Origin: an archaeon GW2011_AR10
GTDB lineage: Archaea > Iainarchaeota > Iainarchaeia > Iainarchaeales > GW2011-AR10
Length of the DNA stretch: 32,000 bases
NCBI GenBank assembly: GCA_000830275.1
Contig: CP010424.1
Location: forward strand, 780,001 to 812,000
Reading direction: 5' to 3'
How positions within the stretch are numbered: position 1 is the first letter of the stretch; every line of letters begins with the position of its first letter. Shown here one piece after another: positions 16,194 through 24,586 of this stretch. The position numbers were made by a program, and so were the translations under genes. The notes under the pieces were generated by a model. It was not told the origin of the DNA. It saw nothing but the letters and a program-made list of their open reading frames with translations, and did no database searches.

Positions 16194-16655
16194 ATGCTTG
16201 CGGTTTTAAGGGTTAGAGGCAAGGTAAGGGTTTCACCCAAGCACAGGAAAGCATTAGAGGTACTCATGCTGCATAAAGTAAACCACTTGGTTTTAGTTAG
16301 GGGAAATGATTCAAACAAGAAAATGGTTGAAAGTGCAAAAGACTATGTGACGTTCGGCGAAATTGACGAGCCAACTCTTGAAATGCTTTTGAGGAAGAGA
16401 GGCAGAACACTTGAGAACAGAAGAATTGATGATGAATTTCTGAAGCACTTGAAAGTTGGATCGCTTAAGGCACTTGCAAAAGAATTAATCGATGGAAAGA
16501 AGTCATTGAAGGAACTTGGAATCAAGCCTGTTTTCAGGCTGAACTCTCCGAGCAAGGGCTATGAGAGGGGCGGCATAAAGCAGGGCTTTGCAGTTGGAGG
16601 AGCACTTGGCTACAGGGCAGGAGACATAAACAGTTTAATTAACAGGATGGCTTGA
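16194..16655 (+). CDS. rpl30: 50S ribosomal protein uL30
   Basis: MLAVLRVRGKVRVSPKHRKALEVLMLHKVNHLVLV... Confidence 0.92.
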   Translation: MLAVLRVRGKVRVSPKHRKALEVLMLHKVNHLVLVRGNDSNKKMVESAKDYVTFGEIDEPTLEMLLRKRGRTLENRRIDDEFLKHLKVGSLKALAKELIDGKKSLKELGIKPVFRLNSPSKGYERGGIKQGFAVGGALGYRAGDINSLINRMA

Positions 16656-16667
16656 GAGCGTGGTTAA

Positions 16668-17150
16668 ATGGTTGTAAGGAGAAGGAAAAAGAAAAATAAG
16701 CTTAGAGGCAATAGAACATTTGGCCAAGGAAACACAAAGAGAAGGCGAGGCTCAGGCAGCAGGGGCGGCACAGGAAGGGCAGGCAGCCACAAGCACAAGT
16801 TCAGCAAATACTATCTTGACTTCGGGGTAAAAAGGAAGCTTAAGGCAAAAGAAAAAGGAGAAGCAATAAATTTAGGGCAGTTAAATGAGTTGCTTCCAAG
16901 GTTTCTTGTGGAGCAGAAAGCTGAAAAGAAAGGAAACATGATTGTGGTTGACGGAAAAAAAATGGGGATTGCAAAGTTGCTGGGCGCAGGAAAAATTGAG
17001 GAAAAGGTTTTAGTCAGGAATGTTTCTTTGAGCGGTAGGGCAAAAGAAAAGATTGAGGCAGCAGGCGGAAAAATTGAGGTAACAGAAGGAGCCGGAGAGA
17101 AAGGCGAAAAATCCGAAGGCAAAATTAATGCAGCGAGGGAAGAGGAGTGA
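16668..17150 (+). CDS. rpl15: 50S ribosomal protein uL15, with an acidic/K-rich C-terminal tail
   Basis: RRRKKKNKLRGNRTFGQGNTKRRRGSGSRGGTGRAGSHKHKF... Confidence 0.92.
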   Translation: MVVRRRKKKNKLRGNRTFGQGNTKRRRGSGSRGGTGRAGSHKHKFSKYYLDFGVKRKLKAKEKGEAINLGQLNELLPRFLVEQKAEKKGNMIVVDGKKMGIAKLLGAGKIEEKVLVRNVSLSGRAKEKIEAAGGKIEVTEGAGEKGEKSEGKINAAREEE

Positions 17151-18619
17151 GCATTTTAGACGCACTGGAACCGTTCTACCGTGTTTTGCCTGAAGTAAAA
17201 GTGCCGGAAGTGCAGCCTCCGCTGAAAAAAAAGATTCTTTGGAGTGCAATTGCACTAATTTTGTTTTTCATAATGGGGAACATCACTGTTCTGGGGCTTG
17301 AAGCAAGTACTGCTGGAAAGCTTGAACAGCTGCAGGTAATTCTTGCAAGCGAAATTGGAACCCTCATAACTGTTGGAATAGGCCCAATAGTTTTGGCATC
17401 AATTATTTTGCAGCTGCTGGTAGGGGGCGGGCTTCTTAAGATTGATTTGACTGAGCCAAAGGACAAGGCAAGGTTTACCGGCTTGCAGAAACTTTTGGCG
17501 GTTATTCTCTGCTTTGTTGAAGCAGGAGTCTATGTTTTCTCTGGTTTGCTTCTGCCGGTAGCTTCTTCCCCACTAATTCCCGGCATTAGCATTCTGGGAT
17601 TTTTGACTTTTAATTTTTTGGTTGTTGTGCTGCAGGTTGCCCTTGGCTCAATTATCCTTCTTTACTTAGATGAGGTTGTGAGCAAGTACGGTATTGGTTC
17701 AGGGATTGGGCTGTTCATTGCAGGAGGAGTTGCTGGCAGCGTCTTCTGGAGGTTTTTGAATCCTTTGAACCTAAGCGGAGAAATTGCGATTTTCGGGCAG
17801 GGAACAAGCGCTGCTGCCGGGCTGCTGTGGCAGTTTTTCAGCAACATTCCAAGCCAAGGGTTTTTTATTTCGTTTGTGAACAATATGCTGCCATTTGTTT
17901 TCGCAATAATTGTTTTCTTGGTGGTCGTGTTTGCTGAAGGAATACACGCAAACATTCCTTTAACTGTCGGAAGGGGCGGCTTCAAGTCAAGGTTTCCTGT
18001 TAAATTTTTGTACGTTTCAAACATTCCTGTTATTCTCGCAGTTGCCCTGTTCGCAAACATCCAGTTGTGGGCGGCTATTGCCGCAAATGTTCCATTCATC
18101 GGGCTTTTTCTCCAGAAGCTTTCCACAGTTGTGATTGCCCCATTCGGCTTTGTGGAAACGCTTATAACGCAGGGAATTTCGCCTCTTGTTTTAGAGCAGA
18201 TTATTCAAAGCATTGCAACGCTGCAGTTCATTGGCTTGGGCGGAGAAATAGTTCATGCAGTGCTTTATATTTCCATTCTTACCTCAACCTGCATTGTTTT
18301 CGGAAAGTTCTGGGTTGAAATGGCTGGACAGGGCCCTGAAGCAGTTGCAAACCAGCTTCAAAAATCAGGGATGTTCATTCCGGGCTTCAGGCGGGACCCA
18401 AGAATTGTGAGGAAAGTGCTTGACAGGTATATTCCGCCGATTACGATTTTGGGTGCCGCGTTTGTTGGCTTGCTGGCTGGGTTCGCTGACCTCACCGGAG
18501 CGCTGGGTTCAGGCACCGGAATTCTGCTGACTGTGGGAATAGTTTACAGGCTCTACGAGGAGCTTGCAAGGGCACAGCTGATGGAACTGCACCCAATGCT
18601 TGGGAGGTTGTTTGGTTGA
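17147..18619 (+). CDS. secY: Preprotein translocase subunit SecY
   Basis: 490 aa, multi-pass membrane protein. ...LPEVKVPE...KKKILWSAIALILFFIMGNI... Conserved position after L15. GTG start overlaps the L15 stop. Confidence 0.94.
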   Translation: MSILDALEPFYRVLPEVKVPEVQPPLKKKILWSAIALILFFIMGNITVLGLEASTAGKLEQLQVILASEIGTLITVGIGPIVLASIILQLLVGGGLLKIDLTEPKDKARFTGLQKLLAVILCFVEAGVYVFSGLLLPVASSPLIPGISILGFLTFNFLVVVLQVALGSIILLYLDEVVSKYGIGSGIGLFIAGGVAGSVFWRFLNPLNLSGEIAIFGQGTSAAAGLLWQFFSNIPSQGFFISFVNNMLPFVFAIIVFLVVVFAEGIHANIPLTVGRGGFKSRFPVKFLYVSNIPVILAVALFANIQLWAAIAANVPFIGLFLQKLSTVVIAPFGFVETLITQGISPLVLEQIIQSIATLQFIGLGGEIVHAVLYISILTSTCIVFGKFWVEMAGQGPEAVANQLQKSGMFIPGFRRDPRIVRKVLDRYIPPITILGAAFVGLLAGFADLTGALGSGTGILLTVGIVYRLYEELARAQLMELHPMLGRLFG

Positions 18620-18694
18620 AACAAGATGTTTTTTATTGTATTGGTTCAAAGAGTATTATAGGATTTCCCCAAAATACCGTTTTTTTGAGGTTTT

Positions 18695-19219
18695 ATGATG
18701 GCCTTGTTTAGCCCACCGGTAGACATTTCGTTGATTAGCATATTTTTGGTTACTGCCAGCCAGATCATGCAGAGAACTGTTGTTGACAAGCGAGAAATGA
18801 AGCGCCAGCAGGACCAAATGAAGGAAAACCAGAAGAAAATGAAGGAACTAATGTCCAAACAGGACCAGAAGTCAAAGAACCAGCTGGAAGCACTTGAAAA
18901 GGAAATGCTTGATTCAATGAACTCAGTAATGAAGGGAAGCATGAGGCTCATGCTTTACTCTTTGGTTGTTTTCATTCCCGCGTTCTTCTTTATGGGGGGA
19001 TTTGATTTTGGAGTAATATCGTTTGGTGGCGTGTACTCGCAGGCAACAATTGAATTGCCTGTGCCATTGCCGTGGTTTGGCAGCGAAAGCATAATCCAGT
19101 TCTACAATGAAACAAACTGGCTTGGGTGGTATTTTGTTTCTTACCTTGTTCTTACTTTGATTATTGGGCAGCTGTTCAAGCACTTTTATGACACGAGAGT
19201 GATGAGTAATGCCAACTAA
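18695..19219 (+). CDS. DUF106/EMC3-TMCO1-like membrane protein (archaeal Oxa1-superfamily insertase candidate)
   Basis: TM helix, then a coiled K/Q/E-rich cytosolic hairpin (KREMKRQQDQMKENQKKMKELMSKQDQKSKNQLEALEKEML), then two TM helices. Lies where the DUF106 gene sits in archaeal secY-adk-DUF106 clusters. Confidence 0.7.
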   Translation: MMALFSPPVDISLISIFLVTASQIMQRTVVDKREMKRQQDQMKENQKKMKELMSKQDQKSKNQLEALEKEMLDSMNSVMKGSMRLMLYSLVVFIPAFFFMGGFDFGVISFGGVYSQATIELPVPLPWFGSESIIQFYNETNWLGWYFVSYLVLTLIIGQLFKHFYDTRVMSNAN

Positions 19220-19550
19220 AGGGGAACGGGCAAGCGAGAAAAAGTTTGTGAAAACCCCTGGGGGAAGGGTTACTATTCACTTCTTTAAGGGAAAAGCAGG
19301 AAAGCATCATTGCGCGCTGTGCGCTTGTGAGCTCCACGGAGTGCCACACGGTCAGAGAACAAGCGGGGTAAGGAAGCTGGCTAAAACCAAGAGGAGGCCT
19401 AATGTGCCTTTTGGTGGAACGCTTTGCAGTAACTGCCGGGAAACAGTTTTTGTGGAAGCAGCAAAAGTAAAGCATGGCTTGAAAGAAATTGGAGCAGTTT
19501 CGCTTAAGGAAAAAGGGTTTGTTGAAATGGCCTTGAACAGGGTGGAATGA
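19209..19550 (+). CDS. rpl34e: 50S ribosomal protein eL34
   Basis: ...VKTPGGRVTIHFFKGKAGKHHCALCACELHGVP...RRPNVPFGGTLCSNC. Confidence 0.9.
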   Translation: MPTKGERASEKKFVKTPGGRVTIHFFKGKAGKHHCALCACELHGVPHGQRTSGVRKLAKTKRRPNVPFGGTLCSNCRETVFVEAAKVKHGLKEIGAVSLKEKGFVEMALNRVE

Positions 19551-19781
19551 ATGGCGGCAGCAATTGAAGTTGGAGTTGTTTGCATTAAAACAAAGGGCAG
19601 GGAAGCCGGAAGAAAGGCAGTCATTGTTGACATCGAGAAAGGGTTTGCAATAATTGACGGCTTGAACGTGAAGAGAAAGAAGTGCAACATTTTTCACCTT
19701 TTCCCGACAGGCAAGAGAGTTAGTTTGAAGAAGGGAGCAAAGCACGAAGAAGTATTGAACGCACTGAAAGGTGGCAAATGA
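19551..19781 (+). CDS. rpl14e: 50S ribosomal protein eL14
   Basis: 76 aa, KOW-like IEVGVVCIKTKGREAGRKAVIVDI...; usual neighbour of eL34. Confidence 0.85.
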   Translation: MAAAIEVGVVCIKTKGREAGRKAVIVDIEKGFAIIDGLNVKRKKCNIFHLFPTGKRVSLKKGAKHEEVLNALKGGK

Positions 19782-20326
19782 TGGTTGAACAGAAACCCGA
19801 ACAAGAAATAAGGTACATTGTAAGAATTGCAGGAAAAGACTTGAATGGCAGCCTGCCGATTTACAGGTCTTTGACTGGCCTTAAGGGAGTAGGCCACAGG
19901 ATGGCAAAAAGCATTGCGATAGTGTTTGAGAAAAAAACAGGCTTGTCTTTTAACAAGAAGTTGGGGGAGCTGAACGAAGAGCAAAACAAGGCATTAGAGG
20001 AAATCGTACTAAACCCGAGCGGCTTTGGTATTCCAGGATGGAGCCTTGACAGGCAGAGAGACCATGAAACAGGCACTAACAGGCACTTGATTATGGCTGA
20101 ACTGGATTTCGCTAAAAGGCAGGACCTCCAGAAACTCGCTGAAATCAAGTCTTACCGCGGGCTTAGACTAGGTTGGGGTTTAACTGTTAGAGGCCAGAGA
20201 ACCAAGAGCACTCACAGAGGAAAAGGCGGAGTGGTTGGCGTAACAAAGAAGGATGCAAAAGCAGGAAAGGCAGCAGTAGCAGCAGCACCGCCTAAGCCAG
20301 CTGAAAAGGAGCAGAAAAAGAAGTGA
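19778..20326 (+). CDS. rps13: 30S ribosomal protein uS13
   Basis: IRYIVRIAGKDLNGSLPIYRSLTGLKGVGHRMA...SYRGLRLGWGLTVRGQRTKS. Confidence 0.94.
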   Translation: MMVEQKPEQEIRYIVRIAGKDLNGSLPIYRSLTGLKGVGHRMAKSIAIVFEKKTGLSFNKKLGELNEEQNKALEEIVLNPSGFGIPGWSLDRQRDHETGTNRHLIMAELDFAKRQDLQKLAEIKSYRGLRLGWGLTVRGQRTKSTHRGKGGVVGVTKKDAKAGKAAVAAAPPKPAEKEQKKK

Positions 20327-20331
20327 TTTAG

Positions 20332-20949
20332 ATGGGTGACACAAGGAAACCGAGAAAACAATTTCAGCAGCCGAGAAAGCGGTGGGATAAGTCAAGGCTG
20401 GAGAAGGAAAAGAAGATAATAGAAACATTTGGATTGAAGAACAAAAGAGAGTTGAGGAGGATTGAAACAACCCTTAGGAAGAAGAAGAACAGCGCTAAAG
20501 GGATTCTTGCGTTGCCTGTGGAAGACAGGGCAAAAAGGGAGAATGAGCTCATTGAGAGCCTTAAAAGGATCGGGGTTCTTTCAGGCAGCTCAACTTCTGA
20601 TGACGTGCTTACTCTTTCGGTTGAAGAACTGCTTGAGAGGAGACTCCAGACAGTTGTTTACAGGAAGAACTTGGCTAAAACAGTAACGCAGGCAAGGCAG
20701 TTCATTACTCACGGCCACATTGCAGTCAACGAAAGGAAGGTTACTGCTCCAAGCTACATTGTTTTGAAGAGTGAAACCGACAAAGTTAACTATTATGGCA
20801 AGCCATTGCAGTTGGAGCCACCGAAAGCCGAGAGAAAAGAAGAACTCAAGAAAGCGTTTGAGGAAGTTGCTGTAAAGGCAGCCAGAACAAAAACAGCTAA
20901 GCCGGAGCTTGAAGAAACAGCTCTGCCTGAAATTAAGGAAGAAGTGTAA
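20332..20949 (+). CDS. rps4: 30S ribosomal protein uS4
   Basis: [20 protein letters not shown]...[40 protein letters not shown]. Confidence 0.94.
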   Translation: MGDTRKPRKQFQQPRKRWDKSRLEKEKKIIETFGLKNKRELRRIETTLRKKKNSAKGILALPVEDRAKRENELIESLKRIGVLSGSSTSDDVLTLSVEELLERRLQTVVYRKNLAKTVTQARQFITHGHIAVNERKVTAPSYIVLKSETDKVNYYGKPLQLEPPKAERKEELKKAFEEVAVKAARTKTAKPELEETALPEIKEEV

Positions 20950-20965
20950 GCAGGAGTGAAAATGG

Positions 20966-21352
20966 ATGAACAATAACAGGGGAATAGTCCACATTTATGC
21001 GTCAAGGAACAATACAATAATTCTTCTCACTGATTTGACTGGAGCTGAAACAATTGCCAAGTGCTCTGGCGGGATAATGGTTAAGGCCCAGCACAAAGAG
21101 GGCTCGCCTTACGCTGCAATGAAGGTTGCAGAGGTTGTTGCATCGAAGGCGAAAGAGCGCGGCATTAATGAGGTTTTTGTTAAAGTTAGGGGGGAAGGCG
21201 GCATTAAGCCAAAGAACCCCGGGCAGGGAGCTGAAGCCGCAATACTTAGCCTTACAAGGCAGGGACTTAGGATTAGGGCAATTGAAAATGTTACTCCTAT
21301 CCCGCATAACGGCACAAGGAGAAAGAAAAGGCACAGGAGCAAGAAATCATGA
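20966..21352 (+). CDS. rps11: 30S ribosomal protein uS11
   Basis: [31 protein letters not shown]...SPYAAM...[13 protein letters not shown]. Confidence 0.94.
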   Translation: MNNNRGIVHIYASRNNTIILLTDLTGAETIAKCSGGIMVKAQHKEGSPYAAMKVAEVVASKAKERGINEVFVKVRGEGGIKPKNPGQGAEAAILSLTRQGLRIRAIENVTPIPHNGTRRKKRHRSKKS

Positions 21353-21367
21353 TGGAGGGTGCTTGAA

Positions 21368-22126
21368 ATGAACATAAAGAAGTTGAGTGAAAAAAACAAT
21401 GTCACAAAAATTTTTATAAAGGGTGCTGATATAGCGCTCTTGAATAGCGTGAGAAGAGCAGTGATGAATGCAGTGGCCATTCCAGCGATTGAAAACGTCT
21501 TTGTTTATGAGAACTCCTCTGTCCTGTTTGACGAGTTTTTGGCGCAAAGACTTGGTTTGGTGCCGATAAAGGCAGACCCTAAAAGGTACAAGGAAGGCGA
21601 CAAGGTTAAAATGATACTGGAAAAGGAGGGCCCGTGCACTGTTTACAGCAAGGACATTAAGAGCACTGACCCAAAAATTGATGTAATTGACAAGAAGATT
21701 CCAATTGTTAAGCTGAAGAAAGGGAAAAAAATTAAGATAGAAATGGAAGCGGTTGTTGGAAAAGGAAAGGCGCACGCGAAATGGCAGCCGGCAGTTATTT
21801 CTTATTACGAGGTGCCAGAGGTTTCATTCAACATGAAGCTTATAAAGGATGCAAAAAAGTTTGTGGAGTCATGCCCGCCTGGAGTGCTTGAACTAAAAGC
21901 CGGAAAAATTGTATTAAAAGAACAGGTGCCTTCCAACATTGATCTTTTGACGAAGTGCAGGGATATCGCGCCGGATGGGGCTGTTGAGCTAAACTTTGAC
22001 ACAAACTCATTTGTTGTAGTTGTTGAAAACCATGGAAACATGAAGGTTTCAGAAATATTGAGTGAAGCGTTGGACTCGCTGAAAGAGCGAAGCAAAGAAT
22101 TTAAGAGGGAGCTTAAGAAGATTTAA
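21368..22126 (+). CDS. rpoD: DNA-directed RNA polymerase subunit D (Rpo3)
   Basis: ...IKGADIALLNSVRRAVMNAVAIPAIENVFVYENSSVLFDEFLAQRLGLVPIK... GGAGGGTG precedes ATG 21368. Conserved position after S11. Confidence 0.92.
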   Translation: MNIKKLSEKNNVTKIFIKGADIALLNSVRRAVMNAVAIPAIENVFVYENSSVLFDEFLAQRLGLVPIKADPKRYKEGDKVKMILEKEGPCTVYSKDIKSTDPKIDVIDKKIPIVKLKKGKKIKIEMEAVVGKGKAHAKWQPAVISYYEVPEVSFNMKLIKDAKKFVESCPPGVLELKAGKIVLKEQVPSNIDLLTKCRDIAPDGAVELNFDTNSFVVVVENHGNMKVSEILSEALDSLKERSKEFKRELKKI

Positions 22127-22138
22127 AGGAGGATTAAT

Positions 22139-22263
22139 GCAGGGGTGCCGGAGCGGTTAAACGGGCAGGACTTAAGAAATTTTTCAGAAATGAAAAATTT
22201 TGGAATCCGTTGAAGCGATCCTGTGGCTTAGTGCCTTCGGGGGTTCGAATCCTCCCCCCTGCA
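22139..22263 (+). tRNA. tRNA-Leu (anticodon UAA) with a ~41-nt intron at or near the canonical 37/38 position; no encoded CCA
   Basis: Acceptor GCAGGGG/CCCCTGC. D arm CCG-gagcggttaaa-CGG. Anticodon stem CAGGA (22166-22170) / TCCTG (22219-22223). Loop CTTAAG.A with TAA at 22173-22175. Long variable arm tGGCttagtGCCttc. T arm GGGGG-TTCGAAT-CCTCC. Discriminator A at 22263. Intron approximately 22177-22217. Confidence 0.88.
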
Positions 22264-22280
22264 TTCAAAAAGGTGGCATA

Positions 22281-22649
22281 ATGAAACCAACTGGTCCAAG
22301 CAATGAAAGCACAAGGAGGCTTGCAGTAGGCCTTGAGAAGTACGGCAAGAAAAACAACGCCGGAATTTTTGTTGACCTTTCAAGGCGGTTGAACAAGCCG
22401 AGGAGAAACAGGGCAAAAGTAAACTTGTTCAAGCTTTCGCTGCTTGGAAAAAAATTTGGGGAAAAAAAACTTGTTGTGCCTGGCAAAGTGCTCGGAACAG
22501 GGAAATTAAGCGCGGCTTTGGATGTTTATGCCCTTGAATTCTCGGAGAGCGCTAAAAGCAAGATAATTGAAATTAAAGGCAAGGCAAAGAGCTTGAAGGA
22601 ATTGCTGGATGGAAAGGTAAATGCAAAGGATTTGGTGATTGTTGTATGA
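22281..22649 (+). CDS. rpl18e: 50S ribosomal protein eL18
   Basis: MKPTGPSNESTRRLAVGLEK...RRLNKPRRNRAKVNL. AGGTGG (22271-22276) precedes ATG 22281. The track ORF start at 22200 runs through the tRNA and is rejected. Confidence 0.92.
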   Translation: MKPTGPSNESTRRLAVGLEKYGKKNNAGIFVDLSRRLNKPRRNRAKVNLFKLSLLGKKFGEKKLVVPGKVLGTGKLSAALDVYALEFSESAKSKIIEIKGKAKSLKELLDGKVNAKDLVIVV

Positions 22650-23071
22650 CTGTGATTGATGGAACCGACCTTGTGCTTGGAAGAATGTCCTCTCATATTG
22701 CGAAAAGGCTGCTTAATGGCGAGAAAATTGATTTGGTTAACGCTGAAAGGGTTGTAATCATTGGAAGAGAGGAGTCTGCAACCCAAAAATTCAGGAAACG
22801 AATTGAATTAGCGCAGAAGGGCAACCCGGAGAAAGGCCCAAAATACCCCAGGATGCCTGACAAAATCGTTAAATTGAGCATCAGGGGAATGCTTCCATTC
22901 AAGAAAAGCAGGGGCAGGAAAGCGTTCGAGAACCTCAAGACACACATTGGCGTGCCAAAAGAGCTTGAAAAAGAGAACATGGAAACAGTAGAGGAAGCAA
23001 AAAAGGACCTTGAGAGACAGTACATTAGAATGGCTAAACTAAGCAGGCAGCTTGGAGCGAGGTGGCATTAG
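22646..23071 (+). CDS. rpl13: 50S ribosomal protein uL13
   Basis: MTVIDGTDLVLGRMSSHIAKRLLNGEKIDLVNAERVVIIG... Confidence 0.94.
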   Translation: MTVIDGTDLVLGRMSSHIAKRLLNGEKIDLVNAERVVIIGREESATQKFRKRIELAQKGNPEKGPKYPRMPDKIVKLSIRGMLPFKKSRGRKAFENLKTHIGVPKELEKENMETVEEAKKDLERQYIRMAKLSRQLGARWH

Positions 23072-23496
23072 TGGCGCAAAAGAAAAGGAAAAAAGGGCGG
23101 AAGGGAATAACTGCAAGCGCCAAGAAGAAAACTTCAGTTGCTAGGGCAGTCATAAAGAAGGGAACAGGCAAGATTAAGATCAACAAAAGGGCACTAGAAG
23201 TTGTGGAGCCTGTGCAGGTGCGCGAGTTCATTAGGGAACCCCTTGAGTTTGCGCCTGAACTGGCCGGCAACGTTGACATAAGTGTTGACACGAAAGGCGG
23301 CGGCTTTATGGGGCAGGCAGTTGCAGCAAGAGCTGCAATCGCGAAATCGTTGCTTGAGTTCAGGAGCAACGAAAAACTCAAAAAGGCTTTCTTGAATTAT
23401 GACAGAATGCTTTTAGTTGATGATCCAAGAAGGGTTGAATCAAAGAAGCCTCTTGGAACAAAAGCAAGAAAAAAGAAACAAAAATCTAAGAGATAA
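23062..23496 (+). CDS. rps9: 30S ribosomal protein uS9
   Basis: ...GKIKINKRALE...GGGFMGQAVAARAAIAKSLL...DPRRVESKKPLGTKARKKKQKSKR. GTG start at 23062 or 23071. Confidence 0.92.
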   Translation: MALVAQKKRKKGRKGITASAKKKTSVARAVIKKGTGKIKINKRALEVVEPVQVREFIREPLEFAPELAGNVDISVDTKGGGFMGQAVAARAAIAKSLLEFRSNEKLKKAFLNYDRMLLVDDPRRVESKKPLGTKARKKKQKSKR

Positions 23497-23516
23497 ATTG
23501 TGGAGGGTGATATGAA

Positions 23517-23711
23517 ATGATGGTGCCAGTTAGGTGTTTTACCTGTGGAAAGGTAATTGCAGAGAAATACGAGGAATACTTGGCTAGGGTAAACAAAAAA
23601 GAGGACCCAGAAAAGGTCATGAACGAACTGGGCATTGAAAAGTATTGTTGCAGGAGAACAATTTTTTCCCATGTTGACTTAATTGATGAAATAATGAAGT
23701 ACAACGTGTAG
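23517..23711 (+). CDS. rpoN: DNA-directed RNA polymerase subunit N (Rpo10)
   Basis: [21 protein letters not shown]...[20 protein letters not shown]. Confidence 0.93.
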   Translation: MMVPVRCFTCGKVIAEKYEEYLARVNKKEDPEKVMNELGIEKYCCRRTIFSHVDLIDEIMKYNV

Positions 23712-23721
23712 GGGCATTACA

Positions 23722-24408
23722 ATGAGTGAAAAGTTATTGGTTGAAACAGACGAGTACTTGAAGAGCGGAGCACACATTGGCACAAAATTCAAGTCCGGTG
23801 ACATGGGCAGGTACATCTATAAGTCAAGAAAGGACGGCCTCAATGTGTTGGACATCCAGACACTGGATCAAAGAATACGGATTGCTGCAAGGTTTTTGGC
23901 GTCTTTTGATTTAAGCAAGATCGTGGCTGTTTCAAGAAAGCTTTACGGCCAGATGCCAGTAAAAGAGTTCGCAAACTCGATTGGAGGAATTGCTTTAACC
24001 GGGAGGTTTGTGCCCGGCACTTTCACTAACCCTCAAGGAAAGGGTTTCATTGAGCCTGCAGTTGTTATTGTAACTGAACCAGAATCTGATGGCCAATCAC
24101 TAAGGGAGGCAAGCTCTGTCTGCGTGCCTGTTGTCGCGATGTGCAGCACCAATAACCTGCTGAGAAACGTTGACTTGGTTATTCCAATTAACAACAAGGG
24201 AAAAAAGAGCTTGGCGCTTGTTTACTGGCTTCTTGCAAGGGAAATACTGAAAGCCAAAGGCGAAATAAAGTCAGACAAGGCTTTTTCGAAAAAGATTGAG
24301 GATTTCGAGTACAAGCTCAAGGAAGGCGAAAAAGAAGCTGATTCCACTGAAAAGAAGGCTTTTGCAAGGTTCAGGCCAAGGCGATACGGACAACGAAGGA
24401 GCTATTAG
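23722..24408 (+). CDS. rps2: 30S ribosomal protein uS2
   Basis: ...YLKSGAHIGTKFKSGDMGRYIYKSRKDGLNVLDIQ...PVVAMCSTNN...DLVIPINNKGKKSLALVYWLLAREIL. Confidence 0.93.
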   Translation: MSEKLLVETDEYLKSGAHIGTKFKSGDMGRYIYKSRKDGLNVLDIQTLDQRIRIAARFLASFDLSKIVAVSRKLYGQMPVKEFANSIGGIALTGRFVPGTFTNPQGKGFIEPAVVIVTEPESDGQSLREASSVCVPVVAMCSTNNLLRNVDLVIPINNKGKKSLALVYWLLAREILKAKGEIKSDKAFSKKIEDFEYKLKEGEKEADSTEKKAFARFRPRRYGQRRSY

Positions 24409-24440
24409 CCAAAACTAATTTTCTAACTGAAAGCAGTAAA

Positions 24441-24448
24441 TTTATATA
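24441..24448 (+). promoter_or_regulatory. TATA box candidate (TTTATATA) upstream of the TrmB-like gene
   Basis: AT-rich spacer after rps2. A second candidate, TTTATAAG, is at 24528-24535, closer to the ATG. Confidence 0.3.
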
Positions 24449-24486
24449 ATATTTCAAATAATACTATTATACTGTTATATTGGAGT

Positions 24487-24564
24487 GGCTAAGGGTGTTG
24501 AATACTTATTAACTTAATTACTGTAAGTTTATAAGCTCGGTAAAGGCATTCAACAACCTTGGCT
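24487..24564. promoter_or_regulatory. Long inverted repeat bracketing the proximal TATA-like element of the TrmB-like gene
   Basis: AAGGGTGTTGAAT (24491-24503) versus ATTCAACAACCTT (24548-24560), 12 of 13 complementary. Extendable to 24487/24564 with G-T pairs. Confidence 0.45.
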
Positions 24565-24586
24565 GTTTTGGCATGCAGGTGGCTTA

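Noticed and set aside
21368-22126. RpoD has only three Cys overall and two in the region where some archaeal D subunits bind a 4Fe-4S cluster.
   Set aside because: Loss of the Fe-S domain ligands is already known to be patchy among archaeal lineages, so this is not unusual by itself.
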